From: Amphiscolops sp. MND2022
Lineage: Eukaryota
Assembly (NCBI GenBank): GCA_964187785.1
Contig: OZ076409.1
Coordinates: 38,690,001 to 38,754,000 of the forward strand
Length of the DNA: 64,000 bases
Reading direction: 5' to 3'
A program made the translations under genes and the position numbers. Each line of letters begins with the position of its first letter. Positions within the stretch are counted from its first letter, which is position 1. Positions 60,196 through 64,000 of this stretch are shown piece after piece. Under the pieces are notes generated by a model. It saw only the letters and a list, made by a program, of their open reading frames with translations, made no database searches and was not told the origin of the DNA.

Positions 60196-60779
60196 GTATT
60201 GCATCTGATATGTATCAGATACAGCCTTCTTCAAATCATATCCGTCGAACAGACCCGCTGGCAATTCTTCTGCTTGTGACGATATGACGCCACTGATCTT
60301 TCGAGAATGACCAGACAGACTCTCGCCTTTTGTGATTGTGTTGTTTCGATACATGCTCCAGTCGATACGCCGACACTTCGTTTGAAAATGTCACATTCAT
60401 TTACAGGAAATGTCAAATGTCCTTGGTTGCAAATTAAAGTCCCACTTCAATCCTACACCGCATTTCATTGGTACAGGAGAAGGTTCATCTCAACTTTGTT
60501 TCCTAAAAATATCACATGGGCGTGAATCGAGTCAACTTTGTTCCAGAGCACAAATGGTTCGCAGCTCTACTTTTCAATTCCTGGAGATTGGTGACACTTC
60601 ATGGAAGAACCTAGAAGCAGTTTCTGAAAAATTATCGCCTTTTCAACATCAAGAATGCATTTGACGCATTGGACGGTTCGTACCTCCGCAGCAATTTGGT
60701 GTTGAGGTTCGAGTCTATTTATATGATCGCACCAAGAAAGTTGAAGTAAATGATGTCCAATCAAGTGAGATTCGAATTG

Positions 60780-60905
60780 AGAGCGGAGTTGCACAGGGCA
60801 GCGTCTTCATGACTTTTTTTTGCTTTTATTCAACATTGCGCAAATCCTCTGTTGTTCGTTGAAATTTATCTGTTTCTGCTATGCTGAAGACACCAAGCTA
60901 ATATT
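60780..60905 (+). mobile_element. small LINE RT remnant
   Basis: SGVAQGSV and YAEDTKL motifs in decayed frames. Confidence 0.5.
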
Positions 60906-61299
60906 ACATCAGAAACCTTTTTCCTGAATCAACACGAGTGAACGTCAATAATTTGGAGTTATGATCTAATTGTTGTGATAAACTAATAAATAGTTTCAGA
61001 GAAGTTATTGTTCTTGTGGCCCTGACTGGCAATTCTGGACTCTGGAAGCCTGTAAGTTCGATTCATCATTGCTTCGCTACAATCGTCAAACAGTTAGTTC
61101 GTTTCTTTTTCCTATGGTTTACCTAATAAGAGCGAGTTCACTCTATCACGCATTTAATTTCCCCCTTATTCTGTACGTTCCCCTGTTTACAATAAGTCTA
61201 CAGCTACCCCCGGATTATCCCTCAACCCACGAACAAGAAATAAACTCAAAGACTTTAGTCTTTCACTTGAAAAAGGCTTCCTGAAAAATCGGGTTGACA

Positions 61300-64000
61300 T
61301 AGTCTGCTGGCACGACGTGATCAACAATAGCATTACCCCTCACAAATGAAACGGAAGCCAACCTACCTCTTTCAATTGAACGGTTGTTGGAAATCCTTAC
61401 AAAACATTCGCAGAAGTTTGCTGCTAACCTTTACTGTCAAAGATGTGGGACTCCGAACATCTTTGACAAACTTAGAACTCCGAACAAAGTCATAGATGAC
61501 GTCAAGAAAAAGCTTTTATCGAAACGCAAACAAAAAACACCTGCAATCACAAACGAAATTAGGAAATTTCACCCCTGGCCTGTGTTGGAACGAAATTTCA
61601 TCACTGGAATACTAAGAACATCTGCCAACCCCTACTGTTTGGTGTTGCAGAAACGCTCTAAGACGCGAAAAAGAAAATCCACAAAGAAAAAGAAAGCTTG
61701 CTAACTTGGTAAGTCAGCTCAAGCTCCTGCTTTAGTGTGCGTCGGCAGCTTTTGAGGTTTCATTACCTTGGAGCAGCAGTCGCACGTCTCGGGGCAAGAT
61801 GCCTCCCAAAAACAAAAATAATCGAACTGTTTCATCGACTGCGCTACACATTCCACTACTTTAGCGATTGGGAGCATTATCAAGCTATCAAAAGATTTAT
61901 ACGCGCTTCTTCCGTCTATCAACAAAGTCGTCCACGGAGTGGTACCAAAAATCAGCTCTGTCAAAAGTACAGTGGAAAAATGGCATGGCATCAACCTATG
62001 CCACAGTTGCATCGAAAGGAACGTTTAATGCCATACCCCAAAATGCAACAATAGAGCGAGATGTAACAGCAGAGCTCCTAATCGAGAACGCAGATCCGTC
62101 TTTCAAAAACAGCAAAGACATCAAGCGCAGTTTCTCCAAGGCTTTCCCGAAAAAGAAGTTGATGTATGCATTCAGAACAACGAGGAGCCATGTCCATCTG
62201 GAATTCCCGACACAAGAAGAATCCAAAGAAAACGAGGAATTATGGAAATCAACTTTCCTGGGCACATATACTACTTGTAGGTGACCACGAAAGCTTCAAA
62301 AGAATCACTCCCTTATCATTAAAGACGTCACAAAGGAAGATGTTTTTACGGACATCAAAATGACGGCACTACTACAAGAGAGCTTCCCCGATGCTACTGC
62401 TCGTAGATTTGCGAAAAAAAGACAAAAGTACTTCAAGTACTGTCAAAACTGATTTTCTCAACCGCCACGACGTGGAAAGAGCAATAACAAGTGAAATCTT
62501 TCTAAACGATCAATTCGTCCGAGCAAATGAGTTCATTGAAGAGGAAAGACTACCAAATGTCCGATGCTATAATTGCCACAACTTCGGGCATATTGCCAAC
62601 ACGTGCTAGAGCGCCCCGAAAAGTGGCAAATGTGCAGGAAATCACAGCACTGAAGACTGTAACTCAGAAGAATCCACATGTGCAAATTGCCAATCAAGAC
62701 ACGCTTCAAACGATCCCAACTGTGAAGATGACCTAAACCATGCAAGGAAAGTCTATCCCAAAAAAACGTTCCCCTTCCGAGGCACTTACAAGAAAGACTT
62801 GAATTCTATACCAGTAATGGCTAACAGGAACTCTTTTACTGTACTGCAGCTAAATCCAACCGGACTTTGAAATGCCAAACAACGACTTCTAAATAATAAT
62901 CTCGAAGATCAGAAACCTGACTTTGCTGCGTTGAACGAAACCAAGAAGCAAGTACCCGAAAACTTTTTCACGAACTACCGCACTTTCTCGAGATGTAGAA
63001 GACAAAATCATTACTTTTGGAAGTGCAATCGATTTTATCAAAAAAATAACATGAAAGGAGTTTTCTTTATAGAAGATCTCAATGCCAGAAGCAGTTTTAT
63101 GTTGAGGTTAACCAACAAACAAGATTGGTGGTATTCTGGAGCATTATATCGAGAACAAGCTGGTGAACATACTAAAAAACGGTGAAAAACGTTTTACGCT
63201 GTCAATGGTTGCTCAATTATCGACCTATGTTAGACTACCGACCAACTCACGAATTGGAAGTCAATTTTATTTACTGACACTGACGGGGAGTTACTTTTGG
63301 GTACCCTAGCCGTGGGCACGTCCCGGTATACGCCAAATTTGTTCTGCCGAGCTCGTCTACAACTGAAACAGTTACTACGTTCAAACTTGACGACGTTGAT
63401 TGGAAAAAATGGGGGGACGGCCTAGAAGTGAACTTCGTGATATGTCTTTTCCGGTTGACACAACATTTAAAGACGCCATTGCAGCACGGAATATTCTGAA
63501 AGAAGCAATAAACGGCGTAAACTGAGAATGCATTCCACCAAAATCATTTACGAAACATGGCAAAATTTTCTGGAATGATCAGCTGACACAACTCAGTAAG
63601 GAAGTAAGATCAAACGCGAAAACATACACAAGGACATCCACGCCGCAAAGCAAAACCATGAGGCACTCCTGAAGGCTCGAGCGAGGTTCAAAGAAACACT
63701 TAGCACCTCAGCTTCAAAGTGGACCCTTGGGAAATTGCAAGAAGTCAACCAAGCAAAACACGGAAATGCGTTTTGGAAAAGTATCAAGGGGTCTTTCCCA
63801 CAAATAAGTAATGATCAGATTTCATCCTCACTAAAGTCTAAATCCGGACTCTGTTTTGAAAGTGATCCAAAGGCACGAATACTTCTTGACACCTTCTTCA
63901 GCGGCAAGCATCTGGAAGAAGAAGATTTCGACGTAGACTTCAAGAAATCGGTGAATGATAAGCTGAAAATGAGTTCTTGGAAAACACTGAGGTTATACAA
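61300..64000 (+). mobile_element. decayed non-LTR retrotransposon with CCHC-knuckle ORF1 and APE endonuclease ORF2 (I/Jockey-group-like), extends beyond the window
   Basis: RCYNCHNFGHIANTC, KCAGNHSTEDC, CANCQSRH...C at about 62560-62725; endonuclease motifs LQLN, PDFAALNET, DLNAR, SIIDL; FWND and FWKSIK in the linker; many stops. Confidence 0.82.

Overview
AT-rich, repeat-dense animal genomic DNA; spliceosomal GT-AG introns and a metazoan-type TRIP12 point to an invertebrate, but the taxon cannot be fixed from the sequence. The left half holds one large + strand gene, a TRIP12/CTRIP/Ufd4-type HECT E3 ubiquitin ligase (ARM repeats, WWE, UBL-like segment, HECT with catalytic Cys). I reconstructed it by hand as 16 phase-compatible exons from about 8959 to 27103 (6558 nt, about 2185 aa). 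Its introns carry many non-autonomous elements: two Helentron/HINE-like families plus hAT, MULE and piggyBac MITEs. Candidate alternative 5' exons include an RGG-rich exon and a di-cysteine N-terminus. The right half (28-64 kb) is mostly decayed transposons. It contains a Ty3/gypsy gag remnant, an 836-bp hAT with an intact in-frame-deleted zinc-finger/dimerisation ORF, and a MULE nested in a CMC-like element. A dead Ty1/copia element (39830-60195, GTATT TSD) has grown to about 20 kb through a recent 3.1-kb tandem triplication and nested LINE, BEL/Pao and DNA-transposon insertions. The 5' part of a zinc-knuckle LINE runs off the right end. No rRNA, tRNA or CRISPR features were seen, and nothing can be claimed as a proven new system; the best leads are the alternative TRIP12 N-termini and the mini-hAT ORF.
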